Shown one piece after another: positions 41,738 to 51,324 of a DNA stretch of 64,000 nt. Under the pieces are notes generated by a model. That model ran no database searches. It was given only the letters and a program-made list of their open reading frames with translations, and was not told where the DNA came from. The translations under genes and the position numbers were made by a program. Each line of letters starts with the position of its first letter. Position 1 is the first letter of the stretch. Origin of the DNA: a virus (taxonomy: Duplodnaviria; Caudoviricetes); the IMG/VR virus record IMGVR_UViG_3300001765_000034, positions 1 to 64,000 of that record, one strand, 5' to 3'.

Positions 41738-41809
41738 TTGTATAATGTTAAATGTGTTTTATTCTTATCAATAAATACAAGTATATCCATAAAAAATTAT
41801 TGAATACGA

Positions 41810-42574
41810 CTAATCTACTGATAATTTATTATCTACCGCGTCTTTTTTTAGATCTATTAGTTTTTTAATGTACCCGTTTCTTCTGAGTAATTTGAATGTG
41901 AGATTTTCATACGAATATTCACCACCCGTATCTAATCCAGTTTGACGGAATCTTTTTAATTTTCTTTTTATGTCAGTTATATCATCTTCGACATCCTCCC
42001 CATCGGAGTTTCTTTGAATTAAAGAATCTATTAAATTTGCATATTCTTCACCCTTTTCAAGAATACCTCTATCGTCGACATATTTTTTTTCTCTTTTAGG
42101 TTCAACGACCCATAAATCATTTAATATTGAATACACGCCACTTGCAACATGTGGTTCTTTTACATCCTGAACATATATTTCAACCTCAAATTGTTTTATT
42201 TTAATATCGTGTAGTGAATTCCAAACATTTTTCTTCGCATCGAAAAATTGGGATAGGAGAACATTACTGTGTTCACTTTCATCATAATCAATTAAAATGT
42301 GTAAATCAACATCAGAATATTCTGACCAATTGTAGTTCGCTAGAGATCCGGTTAACACCGTGTCGTATATAAAAAAATCGACACCTAAGAAATCCATAAA
42401 TTTTTCGGTGATTAATAATAATCGTTCTCGAACGTCATTATTCATTTTATATGTCCCTTCAGTTTTTTCAAAAATATCTGAAGATAGTTCTTTTTTTGAA
42501 TAAAAAGATTTAATTATCTTTTCATCCTCATCTCTATACTCGGATAATTCGTCAACTAGCGAACGTGTTTTCAT
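41810..42574 (-). CDS. Pol-beta superfamily nucleotidyltransferase
   Basis: LTGSLANYNWSEYSDVDLHIL (GS...DxD) plus third acidic residue in EVEIYVQD. Confidence 0.75.
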   Translation of the reverse strand: MKTRSLVDELSEYRDEDEKIIKSFYSKKELSSDIFEKTEGTYKMNNDVRERLLLITEKFMDFLGVDFFIYDTVLTGSLANYNWSEYSDVDLHILIDYDESEHSNVLLSQFFDAKKNVWNSLHDIKIKQFEVEIYVQDVKEPHVASGVYSILNDLWVVEPKREKKYVDDRGILEKGEEYANLIDSLIQRNSDGEDVEDDITDIKRKLKRFRQTGLDTGGEYSYENLTFKLLRRNGYIKKLIDLKKDAVDNKLSVD

Positions 42575-42843
42575 TTAACTTTCTTATACTTATAAACTTT
42601 AGTTATGTTCGTATTAAGGAATTTTCCTTGTGATTCGGACATTCTTAACTTAGTAAAAATTTCCCAAGGTACCTCATAATACTCATAAATACTTCCATTT
42701 TTGAAAGTAATCGATAATGTCTTCAACTCTGTTTCATATGAAGCAAAGTTTAAATTGGATGAGTTGATTATAACACTAATCGTTGTTCCTGAAATTTGTT
42801 CTGAAATAATTCCCATATTCTTAATTTTTAGTATAATATACAA
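42571..42843 (-). CDS. KTSC domain protein
   Basis: INSSNLNFASYE...LSITFKNGSIYEYYEVP...ESQGKFLNTNI matches the KTSC consensus. Confidence 0.85.
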   Translation of the reverse strand: MYIILKIKNMGIISEQISGTTISVIINSSNLNFASYETELKTLSITFKNGSIYEYYEVPWEIFTKLRMSESQGKFLNTNITKVYKYKKVK

Positions 42844-42902
42844 AAATTAAGCGAAAAAAGAAACCCTTGATTTTGCATCAAGGGTTTCAAAAATGTTATT
42901 AA

Positions 42903-43160
42903 TTATCCCGGAAAAGATGGTAATGTTTGAAGAGCGTCTTGTGGTTCTTCATAACTATTGTCTTCTTCCCTATCTTTCGGTTCGGATTTCGGTAATTCTA
43001 TTAATTTGTCAACAATTTCACCTATGCTAACTCCACTATTAAGTAATTTTTTTGAAAACATTAAAAAATTTCCAAAATCTGGGCGTTCAACTTCTGTTGT
43101 AAAGTTATCTTCACCCCCAGGAGCAACAAATCCACCAACCGTTTGTTCAAGAAGCTTCAT
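42903..43160 (-). CDS. Small hypothetical protein, paralog of 43160-43462
   Basis: PDFGNFLMFSKKLLNSGVSIGEIVDKLIE motif. Confidence 0.6.
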   Translation of the reverse strand: MKLLEQTVGGFVAPGGEDNFTTEVERPDFGNFLMFSKKLLNSGVSIGEIVDKLIELPKSEPKDREEDNSYEEPQDALQTLPSFPG

Positions 43161-43462
43161 TATGCCACCGGCATTTCTGGGTTTTCTTCACCTTCTACTT
43201 CTTCAGGTTCATTTTGGGCTTCAAGAATCTGATCAACTAAATTACCTACGGTAACACCCTGATCGAGTAATCCTTTTGCACAATTAATAAACTCTCCAAA
43301 ATCTGGTCCGTCATTAGTCATAGGTTCACTGTCATCTTGAGTAGAACCAGCCATTTGTTCTGGACTAGGACCTGTATTCATTACTTGTCCTTCTTGTTCT
43401 TTGATTACCTTTTTAATAATGTCGTTAAGCTGACCTTCCGTGATTTTTACAATTTTTTTCAT
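43160..43462 (-). CDS. Small hypothetical protein, probable internal head protein
   Basis: MKKIVKITEGQLNDIIKKVIKEQE N-terminus; PDFGEFINCAKGLLDQGVTVGNLVDQILE motif. Confidence 0.6.
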   Translation of the reverse strand: MKKIVKITEGQLNDIIKKVIKEQEGQVMNTGPSPEQMAGSTQDDSEPMTNDGPDFGEFINCAKGLLDQGVTVGNLVDQILEAQNEPEEVEGEENPEMPVA

Positions 43463-43567
43463 ATTTTATTATTTATATTTCTTTATTACACATATATTGC
43501 ATAAATATCTGTGATGTTTATAAATATACGAAAGGTAAAAAAAACTCCCGATTAACGGGAGTTCCTA

Positions 43568-43954
43568 TTATCGAATCTCAACGACAAAATCTTTAACTTT
43601 TTTCTTATCCTTCGGAATAGTTGCAAATAGTATCCCATTCTCAACAGTAACAGTTATTCCTTTAATATCAGCATCGTCAGGTAACGAATATTCTTTAGTA
43701 AACGAATTGGTAAAATAAAATGTTTTTTCGTCACTCTCTTCTTTTTCATGAGAAATCGTAAGTATGTTATTTTTTACTTTAACACTAACATCTTTTTTAG
43801 AAAGGCCAGGAATGGCAAGTTCAACACGATAATCATCGTCATTGTTAATAATGTTAGTTCTTTTCATTGTTCTCTCAAGGAATCGAGGGGTTTCATAAAA
43901 AAGGTCAACAACATCCGAAAAAAACGGATCATTAAATAATTTTGAATTACTCAT
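43568..43954 (-). CDS. Small heat-shock protein (Hsp20/alpha-crystallin)
   Basis: YRVELAIPGLSKKDVSV, FTKEYSLPDDAD, ENGILFATIPK. Confidence 0.92.
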   Translation of the reverse strand: MSNSKLFNDPFFSDVVDLFYETPRFLERTMKRTNIINNDDDYRVELAIPGLSKKDVSVKVKNNILTISHEKEESDEKTFYFTNSFTKEYSLPDDADIKGITVTVENGILFATIPKDKKKVKDFVVEIR

Positions 43955-44060
43955 AGTTTAAATATTTTTAAAAGGTTTATTATTTTCTATAAAATATACA
44001 AAATTCTTGCCGTTCAATTATAATAGTCATTTTGTCTTTTTAGTCTGTCTTTTTGACACA

Positions 44061-44092
44061 TTTGATTTATTCATTTATTTGTATTATATTTG
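44061..44092 (+). promoter_or_regulatory. Bacteroidota sigma70-type promoter of the clpC-like operon
   Basis: TTTG, 20 nt spacer, TATATTTG (44085-92). Confidence 0.7.
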
Positions 44093-44116
44093 CACCATTA
44101 AATATAAAATAAAAAT

Positions 44117-44368
44117 ATGGAAACAATGGAAACGTTATTAAAGGGATTAGGTGTAGCAATAGGTACCATAGTACTTGTCGGCTTTGTCGCATTATTTGCT
44201 GGTTCACTTGTTTATTGGCTTTGGCCTGTGGCAATACCCGCAGCGTTCCCCGGATTAGTTGATAAGGGAATAATTGCAGGCCAAATTATGTGGTGGCCAT
44301 CTGTATGCCTCACATGGTTGTGTGGAATTCTGATAAAATCCACAATAACAAATAATAATTCTAAATAA
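44117..44368 (+). CDS. Small membrane protein (2 TM)
   Basis: Two hydrophobic stretches. Confidence 0.6.
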   Translation: METMETLLKGLGVAIGTIVLVGFVALFAGSLVYWLWPVAIPAAFPGLVDKGIIAGQIMWWPSVCLTWLCGILIKSTITNNNSK

Positions 44369-44377
44369 CATAGAATT

Positions 44378-44620
44378 ATGTTAATACTTTTGGAGATTAT
44401 CCTTACATTTTTCGTCTGGCAGAATGGTTGGAAATGGCTTTCCCTTTTGCCAATTATGATTGGTATTGGGATTGCAATATTGGTAAGTATCTTTTTTGTG
44501 TTAACGGGTAAAGATTTGGAGGTTCTTAATAAGATATCAATTATATTTGACCTTATAGTAATCGGAATACTTATTGTTATGACAAATAAAGAACCTAAAA
44601 GTAAACAACAACAAAACTAA
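44378..44620 (+). CDS. Small membrane protein (2-3 TM)
   Basis: Hydrophobic stretches, basic C-terminus. Confidence 0.6.
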   Translation: MLILLEIILTFFVWQNGWKWLSLLPIMIGIGIAILVSIFFVLTGKDLEVLNKISIIFDLIVIGILIVMTNKEPKSKQQQN

Positions 44621-44631
44621 AAACTTAAATT

Positions 44632-46635
44632 ATGGGCGTAGATTTTTTTGAAGAACCAGACAGACCAACGAAAGTAAAAAAACCGGGGTCAACAACGCCA
44701 ATACTTGACAATTTTTCGAGAGATTTAACTAAGTTAGCTGAAGAAGGAAAAATTGATCCTGTTGTTGGTAGGGATAAAGAAGTGAGACGGATCGCACAAA
44801 TTCTTTCTCGAAAGAAAAAGAATAATGCCGTAGTAGTCGGTGATGCTGGAGTAGGTAAAACTGCTTTAATTGAAAAACTTGCACAGATAATTGTTAAAGG
44901 TGAATGTCCAACCAGCTTGATGGATAAAAGGATAGTATCACTAGATTTGACATCATTGGTTGCCGGAACAAAATATCGTGGGCAATTCGAAGAAAGGATT
45001 AAAGGAATATTGGTAGAACTCACAGAAAATCCCCAAATTATTTTATTCATCGATGAATTACACATGATGGTTGGGGCTGGAAATGCAAGTGGATCAATGG
45101 ATGCTTCAAATATTTTTAAACCAGCTCTTGCTCGCGGTGAGTTACAATGTATTGGATCAACAACATTTGATGAATATAAAAAACACATCGAAAAAGACTC
45201 GGCATTAACTCGAAGATTTCAGAAGGTAACGTTAAAAGAACCTACACCACAAGAAACAATTGAAATACTTCATAATCTTAGAGATTCATATGAATCCTAT
45301 CATAAGGTGAAATATACTGAGAATGTGATGGAAACAATTGTTTTACTTGCAGGAAAATATATTACCGACAGGTCATTTCCGGATAAAGCAATTGATATTT
45401 TGGATGAACTTGGAGCTGAAAAAAATATTACTATTGAAATGCCAGCATCAATTGAAAATTTAAAAGAGAAAATTGAAGAGGTTAATCAAAAGAAAAGAGA
45501 CGTAGTTAAAAAACAGGACTATGAAGTTGCTGCTCAATTAAGAGATGAAGAAAAGAGATTAGTTAAAAAATTAGAAATAGAAAAACATAAATGGGAAACG
45601 GATAAAGAAACAAATAAGAATCCAATATCCATTGATGATGTTTACTCAGTTGTTACAAGTATTACTGGTGTACCCATAGCAAAACTTGATAAGAATGAAA
45701 CTTCAAGTCTTTTGACCCTTGAAAAACAACTAGGTGAAAAGATCATCGGTCAAGAAGAGGCAATCTCAACCATATCAAAAGCAATAAGGAGAAACCGTGT
45801 TGGTATTAAAGGTTCAAATAAACCGATCGGTTCTTTTATGTTTTTAGGATCAACAGGTGTTGGAAAAACTTATCTTGCAAAAACAATTGCACAACTTTTA
45901 TTTGGATCGTCTGATAATATTATTAGAATTGATATGAGCGAATATATGGAGAAACATAACGTTTCCCGTCTTATTGGCTCTCCTCCAGGTTATGTTGGAT
46001 ATGATGAAGGTGGACAGTTGACCGAAGCCGTAAAAAATAATCCGTTTTCTGTTATCCTATTCGATGAAATTGAGAAAGCTCATAAAGACGTATATAATAT
46101 GTTTTTACAAATATTGGACGAAGGACGATTAACCGATTCGTTTGGAAGAAATGTAAATTTTACCAATTGTCTTATTATCATGACATCCAATATCGGAGCA
46201 CAAAAAGTGTCTGACTTTGGAAGAGGATTGGGATTCACGCAATTAACTAGGAATCAAGAACAGGATAATAAAAAATCTATTATTTTAAAGGAACTTAAAA
46301 AACATTTTAATCCTGAATTCTTAAATCGTCTCGATGGACATATTATGTTTAATCCATTAGGTGACCCCGAATTAAAGAAAATTATCTCTATTGAAATTTT
46401 AAATCTTCAGAAAAGATTATTGGAAAAAGAATACATAGTTGAATTTCATTCATCTGTGGAGGATAGAGTTTTAGGATTAAATACTGAAGAGAATTACGGA
46501 GCGAGACCTGTAAAAAGAATCATTCAAAACCTTTGTGAAGACTTCTTGAGTGACGAAATACTTAAAGGAAACATTTTACCAAAAATACCCATCACAATAA
46601 AATATGATAAAAAAGGTGAGTTATTTATAGAATAA
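44632..46635 (+). CDS. clpC: ClpC-like AAA+ ATPase lacking the N-terminal Clp domain
   Basis: Two AAA modules (GDAGVGKT/FIDELH; GSTGVGKT/LFDEIEKAH), KYRG and GYVG pore loops, UVR-type M-domain, GLGF ClpP-docking-like loop. Confidence 0.88.
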   Translation: MGVDFFEEPDRPTKVKKPGSTTPILDNFSRDLTKLAEEGKIDPVVGRDKEVRRIAQILSRKKKNNAVVVGDAGVGKTALIEKLAQIIVKGECPTSLMDKRIVSLDLTSLVAGTKYRGQFEERIKGILVELTENPQIILFIDELHMMVGAGNASGSMDASNIFKPALARGELQCIGSTTFDEYKKHIEKDSALTRRFQKVTLKEPTPQETIEILHNLRDSYESYHKVKYTENVMETIVLLAGKYITDRSFPDKAIDILDELGAEKNITIEMPASIENLKEKIEEVNQKKRDVVKKQDYEVAAQLRDEEKRLVKKLEIEKHKWETDKETNKNPISIDDVYSVVTSITGVPIAKLDKNETSSLLTLEKQLGEKIIGQEEAISTISKAIRRNRVGIKGSNKPIGSFMFLGSTGVGKTYLAKTIAQLLFGSSDNIIRIDMSEYMEKHNVSRLIGSPPGYVGYDEGGQLTEAVKNNPFSVILFDEIEKAHKDVYNMFLQILDEGRLTDSFGRNVNFTNCLIIMTSNIGAQKVSDFGRGLGFTQLTRNQEQDNKKSIILKELKKHFNPEFLNRLDGHIMFNPLGDPELKKIISIEILNLQKRLLEKEYIVEFHSSVEDRVLGLNTEENYGARPVKRIIQNLCEDFLSDEILKGNILPKIPITIKYDKKGELFIE

Positions 46636-46736
46636 ATTGACTTTTTATCAATTTACCAGTATTTATATTCTTGCAGGTACTCTTTGTCGATTACCTTTCG
46701 TTAAGAAAACTGATGGTTTTGAACCCATCTAGACCT

Positions 46737-46765
46737 AAACCCCGATGATTGTCGGGGTTTTTTTT
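46737..46765 (+). terminator. Intrinsic terminator
   Basis: AAACCCCGA-TGATTG-TCGGGGTTT followed by a T run. Confidence 0.8.
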
Positions 46766-46814
46766 GTTTTGACACTTTTTTTCTTTATATTTATTAAAAA
46801 CTAATAAAAATAAA

Positions 46815-47135
46815 ATGAAACCTAATTTCGAAAAGACAGGGTCAAAAATCTCTTTTACTGACCATTACGGAGATTATAAAACATTTATGGAGATATCCAG
46901 GGATCCAATTTATCGCACAATTTTAAGTGCGTTCGAAGATCTAAAAACAAAAGATTTAGCATTCGTTAATGTAACAGCAAATGTTGAGAATACGGTATTT
47001 GAATCCGAGCTTAGTTTTACAAAGTCAAATTTAGATATACTTAGCGAAGTTCTCAATCCTTATTTCGAAAATATTGAGGAGTATGAAACTTGTGCTAAGG
47101 TAATGAAACTCCTTTCGGAATTACAAAACCATTAA
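46815..47135 (+). CDS. Hypothetical protein with weak UVR-like C-terminus
   Basis: LNPYFENIEEYETCAKVMKLL. Confidence 0.6.
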   Translation: MKPNFEKTGSKISFTDHYGDYKTFMEISRDPIYRTILSAFEDLKTKDLAFVNVTANVENTVFESELSFTKSNLDILSEVLNPYFENIEEYETCAKVMKLLSELQNH

Positions 47136-47470
47136 TCAGTCAAAAGTCGTTTTTTTGAGTTTTTGGCAGTAGGTTTCTTTGACCCTAAAACTGAATCATC
47201 ACCTAATCCAGGTTCTGTATCGGGATCTTGTATTGGATCCGAATTTACAACTCCCGGAGGTGTTTTCCATAACTGAACTCTTTCATATGCACGAACCCCA
47301 AGTAAACCCCCAATAAAGAATAACAATTCATAGTATTCTTTATCAGTAAAAATTACCACATAAACAACTAATAAAGAAAATATATATGAAAGAATTTTTT
47401 TAATTGAATAGTCACAATTTTCTTGAAGTAAGCACGAAGCAAAAATTCCTATTTTTTTTAAAAAGTTCAT
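47132..47470 (-). CDS. Small membrane protein (2 TM)
   Basis: Two hydrophobic helices and a charged tail; holin-like only by inference. Confidence 0.55.
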   Translation of the reverse strand: MNFLKKIGIFASCLLQENCDYSIKKILSYIFSLLVVYVVIFTDKEYYELLFFIGGLLGVRAYERVQLWKTPPGVVNSDPIQDPDTEPGLGDDSVLGSKKPTAKNSKKRLLTD

Positions 47471-47558
47471 TTTATTGGTTTTACGTTAATTTTAAGATTT
47501 ACTGTGTCTTTTTTTTGGGTATCTAGTTGAATACTATCAGTTTTATTAGAATTTATAA

Positions 47559-47951
47559 TTATTTCTCTGAAGTTTGGTATCCCGAAGAGTTTTTTTTTAC
47601 ATCCAAGTTAAGACCTTCCATATATTCGACAAAATCTTCTTTTGTTAATGTTTTATCTCTGGTAAGATATTTCACATATGAATCCTCCAATGATTCAGTT
47701 GTCCCCCGAATACTTTCTAACTGTCTTTTCATTTCTACTTGTTGAAATAAAAGTAATGAATCTGTTTTTCGTTGGGATTCTTGAGATTGAATTATTGTTT
47801 TTACGCTAGACTGAAGAATTTTATTATTATCTTTCCAATTATCATATGCAACAAATACTCCCCATACAACTCCTAAAACGGACACAACAGCGAAATAATA
47901 TGATGAGTATGTTTTAATGCTTTCCAATAATTTTAAAAATCCCGTTTTCAT
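47559..47951 (-). CDS. Membrane-anchored coiled-coil protein
   Basis: One TM segment followed by a coiled coil. Confidence 0.55.
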   Translation of the reverse strand: MKTGFLKLLESIKTYSSYYFAVVSVLGVVWGVFVAYDNWKDNNKILQSSVKTIIQSQESQRKTDSLLLFQQVEMKRQLESIRGTTESLEDSYVKYLTRDKTLTKEDFVEYMEGLNLDVKKNSSGYQTSEK

Positions 47952-47982
47952 TATTTAATTTCTTTTATTATAAATACATCAA

Positions 47983-49233
47983 TTATAGCTTTATTGCTAG
48001 TATAAGCATATCGTCTACTTGGTCAAAATCACCCTGCCATGTGTTTAATTTTTGTTCAAGTAAGTCTTTTTGATATGATAACCCCAAATGTTGAAACGAC
48101 ATTAACATTTCAATAAAATTTTTTTTCATTAATTTTTTATTTTTCGTTCCACCAAATTGGTCAACTACACCGTCACTGAACATATAAATTACGTCGCCAA
48201 TTCGATATGGTATTTCTTGAGTTGCAAAGGTTTTTTTAATTTCTTTGTTAATTCCACCTATATTATATGGTTCGCCTTTGATTTCAACCATATCTTTATC
48301 CCTACTTCTATAAATTAATAATGGGCGGCTACATCCTGAAAAATATAATTTCTTATGATTTTTGTCTATGGTAACGAATGCAATATCGATACCGTCTTGA
48401 TACCCGCTTGAAACACCTTGTTTTAAAAATGTGGTTAGGTTTAAATCGAGTAACGATAACACATCTGTTGGATGGGTGAAATCATTTTCAGCAATTTCAT
48501 TTAAGAAATTCGTACCAATCATAGATAATAATGCACCGGACACCCCATGACCGCTACAATCTGCGGCGGTTACCATTACCTCATCGTCCTTTTTATAAAA
48601 CCAATAGAAGTCACCACTTACAATGTCTTTTGGACGATATATTATAAATGCATCCTTAAAATCTTTTAAAAGTATATCAATTTTTGGTAAAGTTACTTTT
48701 TGGATTCGTTCTGCAAACATAATACTTTGAGTCATTGATTTGTTTTTCTCGTCAATAAGACTATTTGCAGCGATTAACTCGTTGTTTAATTTTTCTAATT
48801 TTTTTGCTTCAGTAATATATTGTCGTTGAAGTTGTGCCGAATTAATAATATGAGGTAAATGAAGTAAATGGTCTTTTAATATGTAATCGTCCATACCTTC
48901 TTTAAGAAGTTCGATTGCAAATTCTTCCGGAATATCACCAGATGAGAGAATAAAAATAACATTAGGATTTATACTTTTTGAATCGGCGAACGATTTAAAC
49001 GAATTATAATTAGGAATAGTGTGTTCCGATATTACAACATCAGGATTAACTCGTGTCAACGCATTTATAAAATCATGTCCAGTTTCACAATGGGTTATAT
49101 GATGTGTATATCCAAAATTAACTAAAACCTCTTTAATTTTTTTCGCGTCTTCTTTAGAATTATCTAATATTATTATTTTTGTATTTGCTTTTACGTCATT
49201 AGTCATATTAATAAATACCATAATTGATGTCAA
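47983..49233 (-). CDS. Receiver-domain plus PP2C/SpoIIE (RsbU/RsbP-like) Ser/Thr phosphatase
   Basis: REC fold N-terminus; PKDIVSGDFY, AADCSGHGVSGA, MFSDGVVDQFGG and DDMLIL motifs. Confidence 0.85.
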   Translation of the reverse strand: MTSIMVFINMTNDVKANTKIIILDNSKEDAKKIKEVLVNFGYTHHITHCETGHDFINALTRVNPDVVISEHTIPNYNSFKSFADSKSINPNVIFILSSGDIPEEFAIELLKEGMDDYILKDHLLHLPHIINSAQLQRQYITEAKKLEKLNNELIAANSLIDEKNKSMTQSIMFAERIQKVTLPKIDILLKDFKDAFIIYRPKDIVSGDFYWFYKKDDEVMVTAADCSGHGVSGALLSMIGTNFLNEIAENDFTHPTDVLSLLDLNLTTFLKQGVSSGYQDGIDIAFVTIDKNHKKLYFSGCSRPLLIYRSRDKDMVEIKGEPYNIGGINKEIKKTFATQEIPYRIGDVIYMFSDGVVDQFGGTKNKKLMKKNFIEMLMSFQHLGLSYQKDLLEQKLNTWQGDFDQVDDMLILAIKL

Positions 49234-49251
49234 AGCAAAATTTATTTTTTT

Positions 49252-49944
49252 TTATTTTCTTCCCCCGGAACTTCTGTTCACAGTTCCGTTAGAATAGGTT
49301 CTACCTGAAGTTGACGAAGTCGGCCTACTATATGATGTTGGTCGGTTTGGGGTTGTATTACTTGATGAAACTCTGTTGGGTGTACTCGTATTTCTGTTTA
49401 TGGTTGGTTGTACAACTCTTGTTGGAGTATTATACACTGGCCGAGTCGATGTTCTTGGAGTATTATATGAAGGCGTATATGAGGATCTTGTTGGATGCAC
49501 TCTAGTTGAAGCGCTAGTTTTATTCACCGACGTTGTATGTCCTCTCGGTCTCGAATAATAGGTATAATGATTATATGGGTGATGGTATTTAAAATAATAT
49601 GAATTATATCCCCAATATGAATAGTAATGGGAAGGATAATATCTATATTCATAATAGAACGGGTCGTAATATGAACGGTAGTAAGACCTATAACCAAATG
49701 TCAATGCATATCGGTAATTTGGAAAATCATCCTCAATGTAATAGTTGTTTATGACAACATCTTTTTGTTTAGTTTGTGATTCAATATAAACGGTATCAGT
49801 CTTATATATCGTATCTGGTGTAATATCAAATCTTTCTGATTCTTGAGCCAATTTATATTTCTCATAGTTTGAAAGTTCGGTTTCTTGAGCAACCGAAACT
49901 AAACTGAAGAGAAATAACATGATAAAGAATAGTATTTTTTTCAT
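49252..49944 (-). CDS. Secreted protein with Tyr-rich core and Ser/Thr/Arg-rich tail
   Basis: Sec signal MKKILFFIMLFLFSLVSVA-Q. Confidence 0.6.
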   Translation of the reverse strand: MKKILFFIMLFLFSLVSVAQETELSNYEKYKLAQESERFDITPDTIYKTDTVYIESQTKQKDVVINNYYIEDDFPNYRYALTFGYRSYYRSYYDPFYYEYRYYPSHYYSYWGYNSYYFKYHHPYNHYTYYSRPRGHTTSVNKTSASTRVHPTRSSYTPSYNTPRTSTRPVYNTPTRVVQPTINRNTSTPNRVSSSNTTPNRPTSYSRPTSSTSGRTYSNGTVNRSSGGRK

Positions 49945-50044
49945 ATTGGAAACTTTTGTTTTTATTATTCGTACATTATACTATTATCGTGCCAAAGTTG
50001 TCTTATTTTAAACAAGTAAATATTTATTTAAAAATATTGATACT

Positions 50045-50551
50045 TTGAGAACACTACGAGAAGAAAGAATTAGGATTATTCAAATTATGGGTCATAACAA
50101 TCGTGCCTTTGAACCAATTCTAACGGAAGCCGAAATTTCCGCCAAGAAATTCCAAAACACCAGAAGTTTTGTTATCAATAATAATATTATGATATTCGGG
50201 ACGCCAAATTCAAATGCTTGGGATGAACAAATTTATGCAATTGCATCAACAGCAGGTAACAGTATTGAAACATTAAACGATTTTTTTGAAAAATTTGATT
50301 ATAACCTTCTTATTAGTCAAAAAATTCTCCCAGTGTTTTATGAGGAGGATGATAGATGTAATTTAGAATATTTTATGTCTTTTGATGAAACAACGATAAA
50401 TGGTGAAAAAATAGTTACATGGCAAAATAATAGATATGAGATGACATTTGAAAAAGATAACGTTTCAAGATCGTCTCGCAAAGATAATCTGACAATTCGT
50501 GATAAGGCTGACCAAATATTGGATAGGCTTGAATACAGTACAGATTTTTAA
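50045..50551 (+). CDS. Hypothetical protein with N-terminal LREERIRIIQIM motif
   Basis: 168 aa (TTG start); ATATTTAT at 50020-50027. Confidence 0.6.
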   Translation: MRTLREERIRIIQIMGHNNRAFEPILTEAEISAKKFQNTRSFVINNNIMIFGTPNSNAWDEQIYAIASTAGNSIETLNDFFEKFDYNLLISQKILPVFYEEDDRCNLEYFMSFDETTINGEKIVTWQNNRYEMTFEKDNVSRSSRKDNLTIRDKADQILDRLEYSTDF

Positions 50552-50564
50552 AAACACAAACTTT

Positions 50565-51290
50565 ATGAAAAAATCGTTAACGGAAGAAGCCCAAAGGATT
50601 ATGGAGATAATGGGAAAAATGAATTTAACTGAATTAAATGTACGATATATGGACCAGTTACTCGATAAAATTAGTAAATCTGGTATGGAATCATTAAGTG
50701 ATTACGAAAAAGAATCGTTACAAAAACTTTCAAGAGGTGAAGATACAAAAGAACCGGAAATCCATTCTCTCGGTAAATCTGAAAACACATTGAGGTTTAC
50801 CACCACCGACCAAAATAATGGCCAACCACTTGCTAGACCAAAAGACGCTGGACAGACATTCGGTAAAGCCGCTCTTAAAAACGCTTATATACATGGTGAA
50901 GCAGCAGAACTTGCTGGATATGATTTACCTGTTTTTATCGATGGTGATTTATCACAATTAGATAAACCCGTAGAAGAACAAGAAATTAGGATGTTAACCA
51001 ATAAAGGTGAATATGAGTGCGTTTCTGAGGTAGGCGAAGATGATGGTCGTCAGGTATATTATCTTGTATTAAAAAAACCAGAAGGTGACGAATCCGATTT
51101 TGATGATGAAGTGATGGGACTTAACGAAAATATGTCACAATATAATGTCTTCAACGATACTGAAATGAGTATTAATGAGGGAAACGCGTTTGTTGGAGCA
51201 GCCAAGAAAGCGAAAGAAGATGGAAAAGATAGTTTTGAATTAAATGGAAAAAAATATAAAGTAACGGTTAAGAAAACCGAACAATATTAA
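50565..51290 (+). CDS. Hypothetical protein (probable start MKKSLTEEAQRIMEIM at 50565)
   Basis: ORF track 50499-51290; the internal ATG avoids overlap and places the shared motif at the N-terminus. Confidence 0.65.
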   Translation: MKKSLTEEAQRIMEIMGKMNLTELNVRYMDQLLDKISKSGMESLSDYEKESLQKLSRGEDTKEPEIHSLGKSENTLRFTTTDQNNGQPLARPKDAGQTFGKAALKNAYIHGEAAELAGYDLPVFIDGDLSQLDKPVEEQEIRMLTNKGEYECVSEVGEDDGRQVYYLVLKKPEGDESDFDDEVMGLNENMSQYNVFNDTEMSINEGNAFVGAAKKAKEDGKDSFELNGKKYKVTVKKTEQY

Positions 51291-51324
51291 AATAACATAT
51301 ATTTATTATATAAAAACCGATAAA

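Noticed and set aside
30679-45188. Antisense ORFs inside scaffold, portal, terminase, head genes and clpC (for example 30948-31559, 31600-31977, 34117-34590, 38867-39217, 40857-41228, 44625-45188)
   Set aside because: Fully nested opposite well-supported genes, with Ser/Phe-rich shadow composition.
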